From a bacterium (GTDB lineage Bacteria; DRYD01): a stretch of 64,000 nucleotides of DNA. This document shows positions 48,926 to 57,269 of this stretch, in pieces. Made by a program: the position numbers and the translations under genes. Under the pieces are notes generated by a model. That model had not been told where the DNA came from and ran no database searches. It saw only the letters and a list, made by a program, of their open reading frames with translations. Location of the stretch: assembly GCA_039630415.1 (NCBI GenBank), contig JBCNVB010000018.1, forward strand, positions 1 through 64,000, given 5' to 3'. Within the stretch, counting starts at the first letter, position 1. Every line of letters starts with the position of its first letter.

Positions 48926-50515
48926 TTATATAACTATTTTGGAAGAGAATTTTATTCTTCTAGAATTTGCGAATCTGTGAGCTTCATCTCTAAGTTTTCT
49001 TATAAAGTTTAGGATATTTTCTTCAAGTTGTATTTGTTTGATTTCATGATCGTATATGTATATTTTATCATCTGGTTTGGCTATGGACATGAATTTAATG
49101 TTTAGCCGTGTTTTAGAGTCATTATAAGCTTTTATAGCGTAGGATAGTTGATTTATTCCCCCATCGACTATTATTAATTGAGGAGTTATATCTTTAAGTA
49201 AAGAGCTAGTAAATCTTCTATAAACTAGCTCGTAAACGTTCATTAAATCGTCGTGAGCATGACTTAGCTTGAATATTCTATACTTTGATTTATTTAGTTT
49301 ACCTTTTTCGGAAACTACCAGAGAACCGTAAACATTATCTCCATAAAAATGACTGACATCTATAGCCTCTATTCTGTATATTGCATCTATTTTGAGCAAC
49401 TTACACAGTTTTTCTAAGATTAGGTATACGTTATTTTGTTGATAGTACTGGATTTTTTGGTTACATACTTTTTCGAGATATAAGAAATTTTCGTCATTAG
49501 TACTAGAAAGGCATATATTTTGTAATTTTTCAGATATTTCGTCTTGATAATTTTTTAAGTAGTTAGTGATAAATTCTTTTAGAGATTCTAGATATTGTGG
49601 TTGTATGAATATTGGGTTGGATTTGATATTAAGTATGGTGTTAAAAAGTATCTGTTCTGGGGATAATTCTTCAGCGTTTTCTATTTCTAGGATTTTCAGA
49701 TTAGTTGGGGCAGTAAATACACCTAAAATAGTTACATATTCATCTTTACAAAGATACAGATAAACAGCTTGATTTGATTCTAGGACTTTATGTTTGTAAG
49801 ATAGTAGGGTTCTGAGTTTGTTTCTATAGATTATTGCTTTTTCGTACTCAAGTTTTTCGGAAAGTTCTTTTATTTTCTGTTCGTATTCCTGTATTAGTTG
49901 ATCTATAGTTTTTTTTTGCATTTTTATGATTTCGAGGGATTTATTGAAGTTTTGGTTGTATTGGTTTTTGGATATCATGTTTTGACATGGTCCTGAGCAG
50001 TAACCTAGATGATAATATAAACATAGCGGTGGTCTTATTTTTCTGAAATCGTACTGACATTGTCTAATACCAAATATAGTCCCCATCATTTTGAACAATT
50101 CTTTGTAATTTATGCTTGTAATAAATGGTCCGAAGATTTCTTTCGTATAACTATCAAAATCAGAAGAAAGTGAAAAATAGGGGTATCCATCTTTGTCTAT
50201 TACAACTATGTACTTCAGCGGATTTTTATACTTGTACTGAATGTTATATTTAGGTTTTTTTTCGTATATAAGTTTTGATTCTAATATTTGAGCTTCTAGT
50301 TCAGAGTTTGTTATTAGGTACTCCAGATTATCCGAATTTTCCACTATTTCTTTAGTTTTAGCGTCTTTTACGGTTAGATAACTTCTTATTCTATTTTTTA
50401 AATTTTTGGCTTTACCAATGTATATGATAATATCTTTCTTCTTGAAAAAGTACACTCCAGGTAGTGAAGGTATTTCTTTGAGATTGATCTTTATCACATT
50501 TATATCTTTCAACAT
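48926..50515 (-). CDS. uvrC: Excinuclease ABC subunit C
   Basis: GIY-YIG (PGVY, YIGKAKNL..R), Cys cluster, UVR domain, RIEAIDVSH, IVDGG..Q, RDEAHRFA; no C-terminal HhH. Confidence 0.9.
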   Translation of the reverse strand: MLKDINVIKINLKEIPSLPGVYFFKKKDIIIYIGKAKNLKNRIRSYLTVKDAKTKEIVENSDNLEYLITNSELEAQILESKLIYEKKPKYNIQYKYKNPLKYIVVIDKDGYPYFSLSSDFDSYTKEIFGPFITSINYKELFKMMGTIFGIRQCQYDFRKIRPPLCLYYHLGYCSGPCQNMISKNQYNQNFNKSLEIIKMQKKTIDQLIQEYEQKIKELSEKLEYEKAIIYRNKLRTLLSYKHKVLESNQAVYLYLCKDEYVTILGVFTAPTNLKILEIENAEELSPEQILFNTILNIKSNPIFIQPQYLESLKEFITNYLKNYQDEISEKLQNICLSSTNDENFLYLEKVCNQKIQYYQQNNVYLILEKLCKLLKIDAIYRIEAIDVSHFYGDNVYGSLVVSEKGKLNKSKYRIFKLSHAHDDLMNVYELVYRRFTSSLLKDITPQLIIVDGGINQLSYAIKAYNDSKTRLNIKFMSIAKPDDKIYIYDHEIKQIQLEENILNFIRKLRDEAHRFANSRRIKFSSKIVI

Positions 50516-50568
50516 TTCTTTAAATCAAACCTACAGGATACATTAATGGTACATAGAATTCTATAATT

Positions 50569-50889
50569 GTGGACAAAATATCAATTCTGAAGAAGTTAGA
50601 GATGTTATACTTCTTAGTTTTAGATGAGCAAAATAATAAAGATTTCATCCAATTTCTGTTGGATATAAGAAAAAAAGTCTATGATCCACAAGTTATTGAA
50701 TACTTAGATAATAGAATAGAGCAGAAAATAAAGTTAATAACGAAGATAAGAAGTATTAGAGATAACGTAGAGAGGGATCTAAAGAAAGAAAACCTATCTC
50801 TAGAACAGTTTTTAACAATATTTTTACAAACACAAATGAATAAAAAACTGTTAAATGGGAATGAAAAAGATAGAGACAAGGAAAATTAA
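50569..50889 (+). CDS. Hypothetical helical protein
   Basis: 106-aa ORF with a GTG start; first gene of a divergent plus-strand unit. Confidence 0.5.
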   Translation: MDKISILKKLEMLYFLVLDEQNNKDFIQFLLDIRKKVYDPQVIEYLDNRIEQKIKLITKIRSIRDNVERDLKKENLSLEQFLTIFLQTQMNKKLLNGNEKDRDKEN

Positions 50890-50906
50890 CAAGGAGGTTA
50901 GGCAAA

Positions 50907-51875
50907 ATGAAGATATTTGTAATAGTGATGATAATAATCCTAGTAACAGTTACAAGCTATGCCCAAACAGTAGTTGGTAATTTTGTGAGATTTGGTTCAA
51001 ATAGTGTAGTAATAAAGACAGAAAACGATATCTTAAATCTTCCAATATCCAGTGATTTGATAGTTTTGGACAATAAAGGTCAAAGAGTTTCTCCGGCTTC
51101 ATTGTATGAAAATGCAAAAGTAACAGCTAAATATGAAAATGGAAAAGTAATATCAATAGTAGTAGATAGTGAACATGTAAATCTTTCATCTACAAATCAA
51201 TCAAAACCTGAATACCAATTACTTTACAGAGACACCACTTACCAATACAAATCTTATCAAGCTCCTGTAAAAGTTTCATACTTCGGTTATTTACCAGTAG
51301 ATTATCAATATATCTATAATCCACCAGTAAATTTATCGACAGGACAGTTAAACTACTATAGCTATGTTCCCGTATATAACTATACTTTTGGTGGATCAGC
51401 AAGTATGGCAAATGAAATAGATTTCTACAATAATCTCATAGCAAATAACTATTATTCTCCTAGATACTACTATGAAATGATGTCCTCCCTTTCTTCAAGC
51501 GAAGTACCTAACTACTACTACATTTCAAAAATGCAAGAAAAGACTCCATACTACTACAAAACTCAACCTACTCAAAATATCCCAGCTACTCAGGGTAATC
51601 CAGTGCAAGCTCTATCAGTAAATACCTCAACAACTAACACTATATTTGGAACTCTAGTAGATATAAGAGATGATAAATTAGTAGTTTATGCAGATAGAAT
51701 ATACCAGGTTGAAGTTAATAACCTTTCTAACTTGTTTGTAAGAAAGAGCGGAAAATATATACCCATAAATGATAAGCAAGAACTAAGAAACTTACTAAAT
51801 AAATCAGTAGAACTTACCGTTACAACAACTAGCGATAAGATAATAGCTAACACAGTAGTTATATCTGCACAATAA
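50907..51875 (+). CDS. Hypothetical secreted protein with Tyr/Asn-rich central region
   Basis: RBS AGGAGG; signal peptide ending SYA; beta-rich termini; YY-rich middle. Confidence 0.65.
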   Translation: MKIFVIVMIIILVTVTSYAQTVVGNFVRFGSNSVVIKTENDILNLPISSDLIVLDNKGQRVSPASLYENAKVTAKYENGKVISIVVDSEHVNLSSTNQSKPEYQLLYRDTTYQYKSYQAPVKVSYFGYLPVDYQYIYNPPVNLSTGQLNYYSYVPVYNYTFGGSASMANEIDFYNNLIANNYYSPRYYYEMMSSLSSSEVPNYYYISKMQEKTPYYYKTQPTQNIPATQGNPVQALSVNTSTTNTIFGTLVDIRDDKLVVYADRIYQVEVNNLSNLFVRKSGKYIPINDKQELRNLLNKSVELTVTTTSDKIIANTVVISAQ

Positions 51876-51895
51876 AATACAAAGACCTCAATTTC

Positions 51896-52408
51896 ATGAG
51901 TGAAATACAATACATACGAGAAGTAATAGCTGAGTTCTCTAGTCTTCTAAAACAAAGGGACATAGAATACATGGATTATGAGTATATTTTTCCAGCAACG
52001 AATGACAAGCTTAAAATTTCTTTAAAAGTTAGAACAAATTCAAAAAAAATATCCCCATCATCAAATAATACAAAAAGAGAATCTAGTCAGGAAATAGATC
52101 AAAATACTTTATTAACAGAATCTGAAGATTTGGGAGGTTTCAAGTTGTACTTCACAACCCCTCAACAATTCTATATAGTCTCTACCCTCGTAGGAAAAGT
52201 CAAATTATTGAATAAAATTCAAAAAGAATCCGTTATCGAAAAAAAACAAAAAATAGCAGAAGTAGATATTCTCAACATTAAATATCCTGTACAATTAGAC
52301 TTCAAAATAAAAATATTAGATATTCTAGTTGAGGACAATGAAAATGTAGATTACGGCAAGAAATTAATTCTTGCTGAAATTGTGGAAGATACAAATGGAA
52401 GTAGTTAG
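51896..52408 (+). CDS. Biotinyl/lipoyl-domain (AccB-like) protein lacking the modified lysine
   Basis: VSTLVGKV...KKQKIAEVDILNIKYPV...KILDILVEDNENVDYGKKLI matches the BCCP layout but without EAMK. Confidence 0.6.
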   Translation: MSEIQYIREVIAEFSSLLKQRDIEYMDYEYIFPATNDKLKISLKVRTNSKKISPSSNNTKRESSQEIDQNTLLTESEDLGGFKLYFTTPQQFYIVSTLVGKVKLLNKIQKESVIEKKQKIAEVDILNIKYPVQLDFKIKILDILVEDNENVDYGKKLILAEIVEDTNGSS

Positions 52409-53492
52409 CATACTTTTAGTAATTTTAGCATTCTTTTTGATAATACTTTTTCATGAGTTTGGGCATTATTTAGGATGTAGAATAGTAAATGTCAAAGTAG
52501 AGGAATTTTCAATAGGATTGGGTAAAGAGATATGGTCAAAAAAAATAGGTGAAACGAAGTATACTTTAAGGCTACTTCCAATCGGTGGGTATGTTTTACC
52601 AGAAGGAGAAGAGTATAAAAAAGATCAACCTTTATCGGAAACTAATTTTTATTCCAAACCCCTATGGGCAAGATTTATAGTCATTGTTCTAGGTCCTATA
52701 TTTAACTACATTTTCGCACTATTGATATTTTTACTAGTTTTTAGTTTTTATGATTACAAAGTAACTACGGAAATAATGATGGTAGTAAATAATACTCCTG
52801 CACAGAAAGCAGGTCTAAAAGCAGGTGACATAATAACCCAGATAGATTCCATATCCTTTGGATACTATGAAGGTAAAAAACTGATAGAATACATACATAA
52901 CAGTAAAGGTAAGCTTCTAAATATAACAATTAAAAGAGGTACTCAAACTATAACATATCGAATACTCCCAGAGTATAACGCTCAGCAAAATTTTTATTAT
53001 ATAGGTTTCAATCCCAAGAAAAGCTTAGTTATAGAGTTCAATTTTTTAAGAGGAGTAAGGGAATCTATTTTTACTACATATGATCTTACTGTTAGATACC
53101 TGAAAGTAATTGTGAGTATATTTACAGGTCATATACCTCTTAAGACAGTATATGAGCAGAGTGCTGGACCTATAGGTATAACCAAAATAATGTATGATTT
53201 TGCGAATCAGGGAATCTATAACTATCTAATGCTGGTTGGGTTTATAAACATAGTTATAGGATTGTTTAATTTACTGCCTTTTCCAGCATTGGATGGAGGA
53301 AGAATATTGTTTATTGGGATAAATTATATTCTAGGGATGTTGTCGTTGTTATTCAATAGAAAGATAGAAATAACACCAGATAAGGAAGAGATGTTTCATA
53401 AAGTTGGACTAGTTTTACTATTGGTTTTTGTAGCAATAGTTTCGTACAATGATATAGCTCGGATAATAAGAGGTGAGAGTTTTATCAAGTAG
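52395..53492 (+). CDS. rseP: RIP metalloprotease RseP (M50 with PDZ)
   Basis: HEFGH, FSIG.G, LLPIGGYV, GPIFN, PDZ (PAQKAGLKAGD), NLLPFPALDGG. Confidence 0.92.
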   Translation: MEVVSILLVILAFFLIILFHEFGHYLGCRIVNVKVEEFSIGLGKEIWSKKIGETKYTLRLLPIGGYVLPEGEEYKKDQPLSETNFYSKPLWARFIVIVLGPIFNYIFALLIFLLVFSFYDYKVTTEIMMVVNNTPAQKAGLKAGDIITQIDSISFGYYEGKKLIEYIHNSKGKLLNITIKRGTQTITYRILPEYNAQQNFYYIGFNPKKSLVIEFNFLRGVRESIFTTYDLTVRYLKVIVSIFTGHIPLKTVYEQSAGPIGITKIMYDFANQGIYNYLMLVGFINIVIGLFNLLPFPALDGGRILFIGINYILGMLSLLFNRKIEITPDKEEMFHKVGLVLLLVFVAIVSYNDIARIIRGESFIK

Positions 53493-53521
53493 AAATTAAG
53501 AGTATACGGAGGGGAGATGTA

Positions 53522-53607
53522 GCCGGAGTGGCGGAATTGGCAGACGCAGGAGACTCAAAATCTCCCGGAGCTCGCGCTCCGTGTGGGTTCGAGTCCCACC
53601 TCCGGCA
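53522..53607 (+). tRNA. tRNA-Leu(CAA)
   Basis: GCCGGAGTGGCGGAATTGGCAGACGC, GGAGA-CTCAAAA-TCTCC, long variable arm, GGTTCGAGTCC, ends CTCCGGCA. Confidence 0.95.
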
Positions 53608-53616
53608 GTAAACCAT

Positions 53617-54189
53617 ATGAAATTAAAAAAGGTGAGAGTTTATCAGTTAGCTACAGATATAGTTACAGATGATGCAGTAGTAATTTTGAAAGAGGAAGAC
53701 GGCTCAGCAATTTTACCCATCATCATCGGACATTTTGAAGCCTCTAGCATAGCTATAGCACTTGAAAAACTAAAAATAGAAAGACCCATGACACATGATC
53801 TAATTAAAAATATTCTTGAATCCCTAGATATAAAAATACAAAAAGTAGTGATAACTGAACTCAAGGGATCAACCTACTATGCTACGATATTCATACAGAA
53901 AGATAATAAAGTTATAGAAGTAGATGCCAGACCAAGTGATAGCATAGCAATCGCAGTAAGAATAGGTTGCCCAATATTCGTAAATGAAAAACTATTACAA
54001 AATCTACCAATCCTAGAATATACCGAAAAAACATCGGAAATAAAGAGTATATCCAATCTACCAGATCCTGAAGATGAAGAAAAGGAAAAATTCAGGCAAT
54101 TTCTTGAAAAGATTAAACCTACTGACTTTATAAGATTCTTCCAAGAACAAGAGAAAAAAGAAGAAGACCAACAGGAAAAGGATGGATAA
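53617..54189 (+). CDS. Bifunctional nuclease family (DUF151) protein
   Basis: LPIIIGHFEA, RPMTHDL, YYATI, DARPSDSIAIAVR motifs; ATG 53617 lies after the tRNA. Confidence 0.9.
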   Translation: MKLKKVRVYQLATDIVTDDAVVILKEEDGSAILPIIIGHFEASSIAIALEKLKIERPMTHDLIKNILESLDIKIQKVVITELKGSTYYATIFIQKDNKVIEVDARPSDSIAIAVRIGCPIFVNEKLLQNLPILEYTEKTSEIKSISNLPDPEDEEKEKFRQFLEKIKPTDFIRFFQEQEKKEEDQQEKDG

Positions 54190-55012
54190 GCTTATGTACA
54201 CAGCAGATATAGGAGTTCTTGGGGGAACAGGTTTTTATTCATTTTTAGAGTCAAAAGAGATCATAGTTGAAACTCCATACGGAAGTACATCAGATAAGAT
54301 AGCTCTAGCAAAAGTAGCAGACAAAACCGTGGCTTTTCTTCCTCGACATGGTAAAGATCATAGATACCCTCCCTCAAAAATACCTTATAGAGCTAACATA
54401 TGGGCTTTTAAGAAATTGGGTGTAAAATATATAATAAGCCCTTGCGCAGTTGGATCCCTACAACCCTATATAAAACCTGGACATATAGTGATCCTCGACC
54501 AAATATTTGATAGAACATACAAAAGAGAAAATACATTTTATGAAGGTCCTATAACTACTCACGTATCTTTTGCTAACCCTTACAACGAATATCTCAGAAG
54601 CCTATTTATAAAAAAAGCGAAAGAAATGGGAATAGAGCATCACGAAACTGGAACGGTAGTAGTAATAGAAGGTCCCAGATTTTCTACAAAAGCAGAAAGT
54701 AGATTTTATACTCAAATGGGTTTTCACGTAGTAAACATGACCCAAATGCCGGAAGCAATACTAGCAAGAGAATTACAAATTCCATTTGCAGGTATAGCTT
54801 TGGTAACAGACTATGATGTAGGTCTTGAAGGACATCCTGAAATAGAACCAGTATCTCATCACATAGCAGTAGAAAATTTCAAGAAAAATCAAGAAAAATT
54901 AAAGCAATTAATACTTGAAGTAATCAAAGAAATTGATCTAACAAAAGAACAACCAGAACATAAAGCTCTTGAAAATGCAAGATTCCATGAAGAACACATC
55001 GGACTAATATAG
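54182..55012 (+). CDS. mtnP: S-methyl-5'-thioadenosine phosphorylase
   Basis: GGTGFY, TPYG, FLPRHG..H, YRANIWA, AVGSL, EGPRFSTKAES, NMT..PE, VTDYD motifs. Confidence 0.9.
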   Translation: MDKLMYTADIGVLGGTGFYSFLESKEIIVETPYGSTSDKIALAKVADKTVAFLPRHGKDHRYPPSKIPYRANIWAFKKLGVKYIISPCAVGSLQPYIKPGHIVILDQIFDRTYKRENTFYEGPITTHVSFANPYNEYLRSLFIKKAKEMGIEHHETGTVVVIEGPRFSTKAESRFYTQMGFHVVNMTQMPEAILARELQIPFAGIALVTDYDVGLEGHPEIEPVSHHIAVENFKKNQEKLKQLILEVIKEIDLTKEQPEHKALENARFHEEHIGLI

Positions 55013-55013
55013 T

Positions 55014-55541
55014 ATGTATACCCTAAGTTTATCTGAAGATAAAGTATTGCAGATAGTAAGAGGAGATATAACAGAGCAGCCAGACATAGAATGTATCGTT
55101 AACTCTGCGAACAGTCAGTTACTTCCTGGTGGAGGAGTATCTGGAGCGATTCATAAAAAAGCAGGTCCTGAGCTATATGAATATTGTAAAAAATTAGCTC
55201 CCATAAAGGTAACTCAAGCTGTAATTACACCAGCATTTAAATTACCCAACAAGTACATAATACATACTTTAGGACCTGTTTATGGTGTTGATAAGCCTGA
55301 AGATGAATTGCTAAAAAAAACCTATCAAAATTGTATGGAATTAGCAGATAAGCAAGGTATAAAATCAATAGCATTTCCTTCGATATCAACTGGCATATTT
55401 GGGTATCCGATAAACTTAGCAGCTCCGATCGCAATTAAAGCTATTTTAGAAAAACTAGTAGATACGAGAATAAGTTTAGTTAGAATGGTTTTGTGGAGTG
55501 AAGAGGACTATAAAGTTTACGAAGGGGTTGTAGCTCAATAA
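55014..55541 (+). CDS. Macro domain protein (MacroD/YmdB-like ADP-ribose hydrolase)
   Basis: GDIT, IVNSANSQL.PGGGVSGAIH..AG, IHTLGP, AFPSISTGIFGYP motifs. Confidence 0.92.
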   Translation: MYTLSLSEDKVLQIVRGDITEQPDIECIVNSANSQLLPGGGVSGAIHKKAGPELYEYCKKLAPIKVTQAVITPAFKLPNKYIIHTLGPVYGVDKPEDELLKKTYQNCMELADKQGIKSIAFPSISTGIFGYPINLAAPIAIKAILEKLVDTRISLVRMVLWSEEDYKVYEGVVAQ

Positions 55542-55598
55542 GGATAGAGCGTTGCCCTCCTAAGGCAGAGGTTGCCGGTTCAAGTCCGGCCAACCCCA
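55524..55598 (+). tRNA. tRNA-Arg(CCT)
   Basis: GGGGTTGTAGCTCAATAAGGATAGAGC, TTGCC-CTCCTAA-GGCAG, GGTTCAAGTCC, ends CAACCCCA. Confidence 0.93.
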
Positions 55599-55617
55599 CA
55601 ATCAATCCTATAAACCT

Positions 55618-56913
55618 ATGGAAAAAGAACTACTTAACCTCCTAGTAGAAGAACTAGGTCAAATAGCATATGACCTATGCTTTAATATAAGTACCTCAAA
55701 CATAGATAAAAATGAAAAAAGAATGACAATCATAACACCAGATAAATCTGTAAAAGAGTGGATAGAAAAAAAATACTCACCACTGTTAAAGGAATTAATA
55801 GAAAAATACTATAATGAAATCGATTGGAATATAGAGGTTAAACTCAAAGAAGGAGAGCAAGAAAATATAGAAAGTTCTCTAGATATTCTTAATCCTTTTT
55901 TTACTTTTGATAACTTCGTAGTGGGTAATAGTAATCAGTTTGCGTATGCAGCGAGTTTAGCAGTAGCACAAAAACCAGGTAAAGCATACAACCCACTGTT
56001 TATATATGGTTCTACAGGATTAGGTAAAACCCATCTCCTTCACGCTATCGGTAACTTCATCTTTAAAAGAAAGTTATCCAAAAAAATAATCTATATTACA
56101 TCTGAAAAATTCATAAACGATCTAGTTAACTCTATTAAAGAAAAAAAATTAGAAGATTTTAGAAACAAATATAGAAGAGCTGAAATACTTTTAATAGATG
56201 ATGTTCAGTTCATAAGTGGAAAGGAAAGAACTCAAGAAGAACTGTTTCACACCTTTAATGAACTTTACTTAGAAAACAAACAAATAGTTCTGACTAGTGA
56301 TAGACCACCAAGAGATTTAGAAGGGATAGAAGATAGGTTAAAATCTAGATTTCAGTCTGGATTAATAGCCGATGTACAGCTGCCAGATTTTGAAACCCGA
56401 AAAGCTATAATAAAGAAAAAACTGGAAAAATACGACCTAATTTTTGATGAGCAAGCAGTAGATTTTCTAGCTCAAAAATTTAGAAATAACGTCAGGGAAA
56501 TTGAAGGAGCTATTATTAAAATTGTAGCATTTATTAATCTCAACAAAATCAATATAGAAAAAGTTAGAGTGGAACACTTACAAGAAATCCTAAAAGATCT
56601 TAGTCATGAAGATACAAAAATCAACCCAGATAATGTTATTGAGGTTGTCACTGAATACTTTAATATTACGCGAGAAGAAATCTTTTCCAATTCTAGGGAA
56701 AAGAAAATAGTATATCCAAGACAGGTATTAACTTATCTTCTTAGAGACACCTTGGGTATGTCTTTTAAGAGTATAGGTAATTACCTTGGTAAGGATCATA
56801 CAACCATAATGCATTCATATGAGAAAATCAATGTTTTACTAGCAAGTCCAAAGGTTTATAAGGATATCTCTAATATAAGAGAGAAACTTTACGAGAAATA
56901 CCATCATCATTAA
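55618..56913 (+). CDS. dnaA: Chromosomal replication initiator DnaA
   Basis: TFDNFVVG.SN, YNPLFIYG.TGLGKTHL, IDDVQF, QEELFHTFN, RL.SRF..G, NVREIEGA, KDHTT motifs. Confidence 0.97.
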   Translation: MEKELLNLLVEELGQIAYDLCFNISTSNIDKNEKRMTIITPDKSVKEWIEKKYSPLLKELIEKYYNEIDWNIEVKLKEGEQENIESSLDILNPFFTFDNFVVGNSNQFAYAASLAVAQKPGKAYNPLFIYGSTGLGKTHLLHAIGNFIFKRKLSKKIIYITSEKFINDLVNSIKEKKLEDFRNKYRRAEILLIDDVQFISGKERTQEELFHTFNELYLENKQIVLTSDRPPRDLEGIEDRLKSRFQSGLIADVQLPDFETRKAIIKKKLEKYDLIFDEQAVDFLAQKFRNNVREIEGAIIKIVAFINLNKINIEKVRVEHLQEILKDLSHEDTKINPDNVIEVVTEYFNITREEIFSNSREKKIVYPRQVLTYLLRDTLGMSFKSIGNYLGKDHTTIMHSYEKINVLLASPKVYKDISNIREKLYEKYHHH

Positions 56914-57139
56914 ACATTAAATAGATAAACCTTTTTTAACAAACTTTGTATTTTTTAACACCGTTTTTACAATCTCTGTTCAATTTTGATTCAGTTAAGA
57001 AGCATTTTTCTTATGTAATTTACAGGAGGTGATATAGATTTTATGATAGTTATGGATAAAGAGTTAAGGATGAAGTTGATTAGTTATAGTGGTTTAGTAG
57101 TTTACTATTTTAGGGTTGTATTGGGCAGGTGATTTTGTA
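56914..57139. other. Candidate replication origin (oriC) region
   Basis: Longest intergenic gap in the window, AT-rich and just downstream of dnaA. One-mismatch DnaA-box-like 9-mers: TTTTTAACA (56933-56941, 56952-56960) and TTATCCATA (minus strand, 57051-57059). Confidence 0.4.
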
Positions 57140-57225
57140 TGGGGGAGGCGGGATTTGAACCCGCACGGGAGTGAATCCCATTGGATCCTAAGTCCAACGC
57201 GTCTGCCAAATTCCGCCACTCCCCC
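57140..57225 (-). tRNA. tRNA-Leu(TAG)
   Basis: GGGGGAGTGGCGGAATTTGGCAGACGC, TTGGA-CTTAGGA-TCCAA, long variable arm, GGTTCAAATCC, ends CTCCCCCA. Confidence 0.95.
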
Positions 57226-57269
57226 ACCCTTAAATCTTATTACAACACAAAACCATATCTTCCCTTCTT

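Noticed and set aside
10500..50500. Apparent patchy G/C strand skew (C/A-rich vs G/T-rich stretches on the plus strand among same-strand genes)
   Set aside because: Only an impression by eye; it needs a computed sliding-window skew before inferring inversions or an origin.
50516..50568. Short palindrome ATAGAATTCTAT in the uvrC divergent spacer as an SOS/LexA box
   Set aside because: It matches no LexA consensus I can support, and AT-rich palindromes are common here.
53581..53616. N-terminal extension MWVRVPPPAVNH of the DUF151 ORF
   Set aside because: It overlaps the T-arm of tRNA-Leu(CAA); the real start is ATG 53617.
55014..55541. Macro domain as the antitoxin of a DarTG-type defence system
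   Set aside because: No ADP-ribosyltransferase neighbour; it looks like a plain MacroD/YmdB type in a housekeeping context.
10399..57225. tRNA genes as integration sites for islands or prophages
   Set aside because: I saw no integrase, phage genes or duplicated tRNA 3' ends; the flanks are housekeeping genes.
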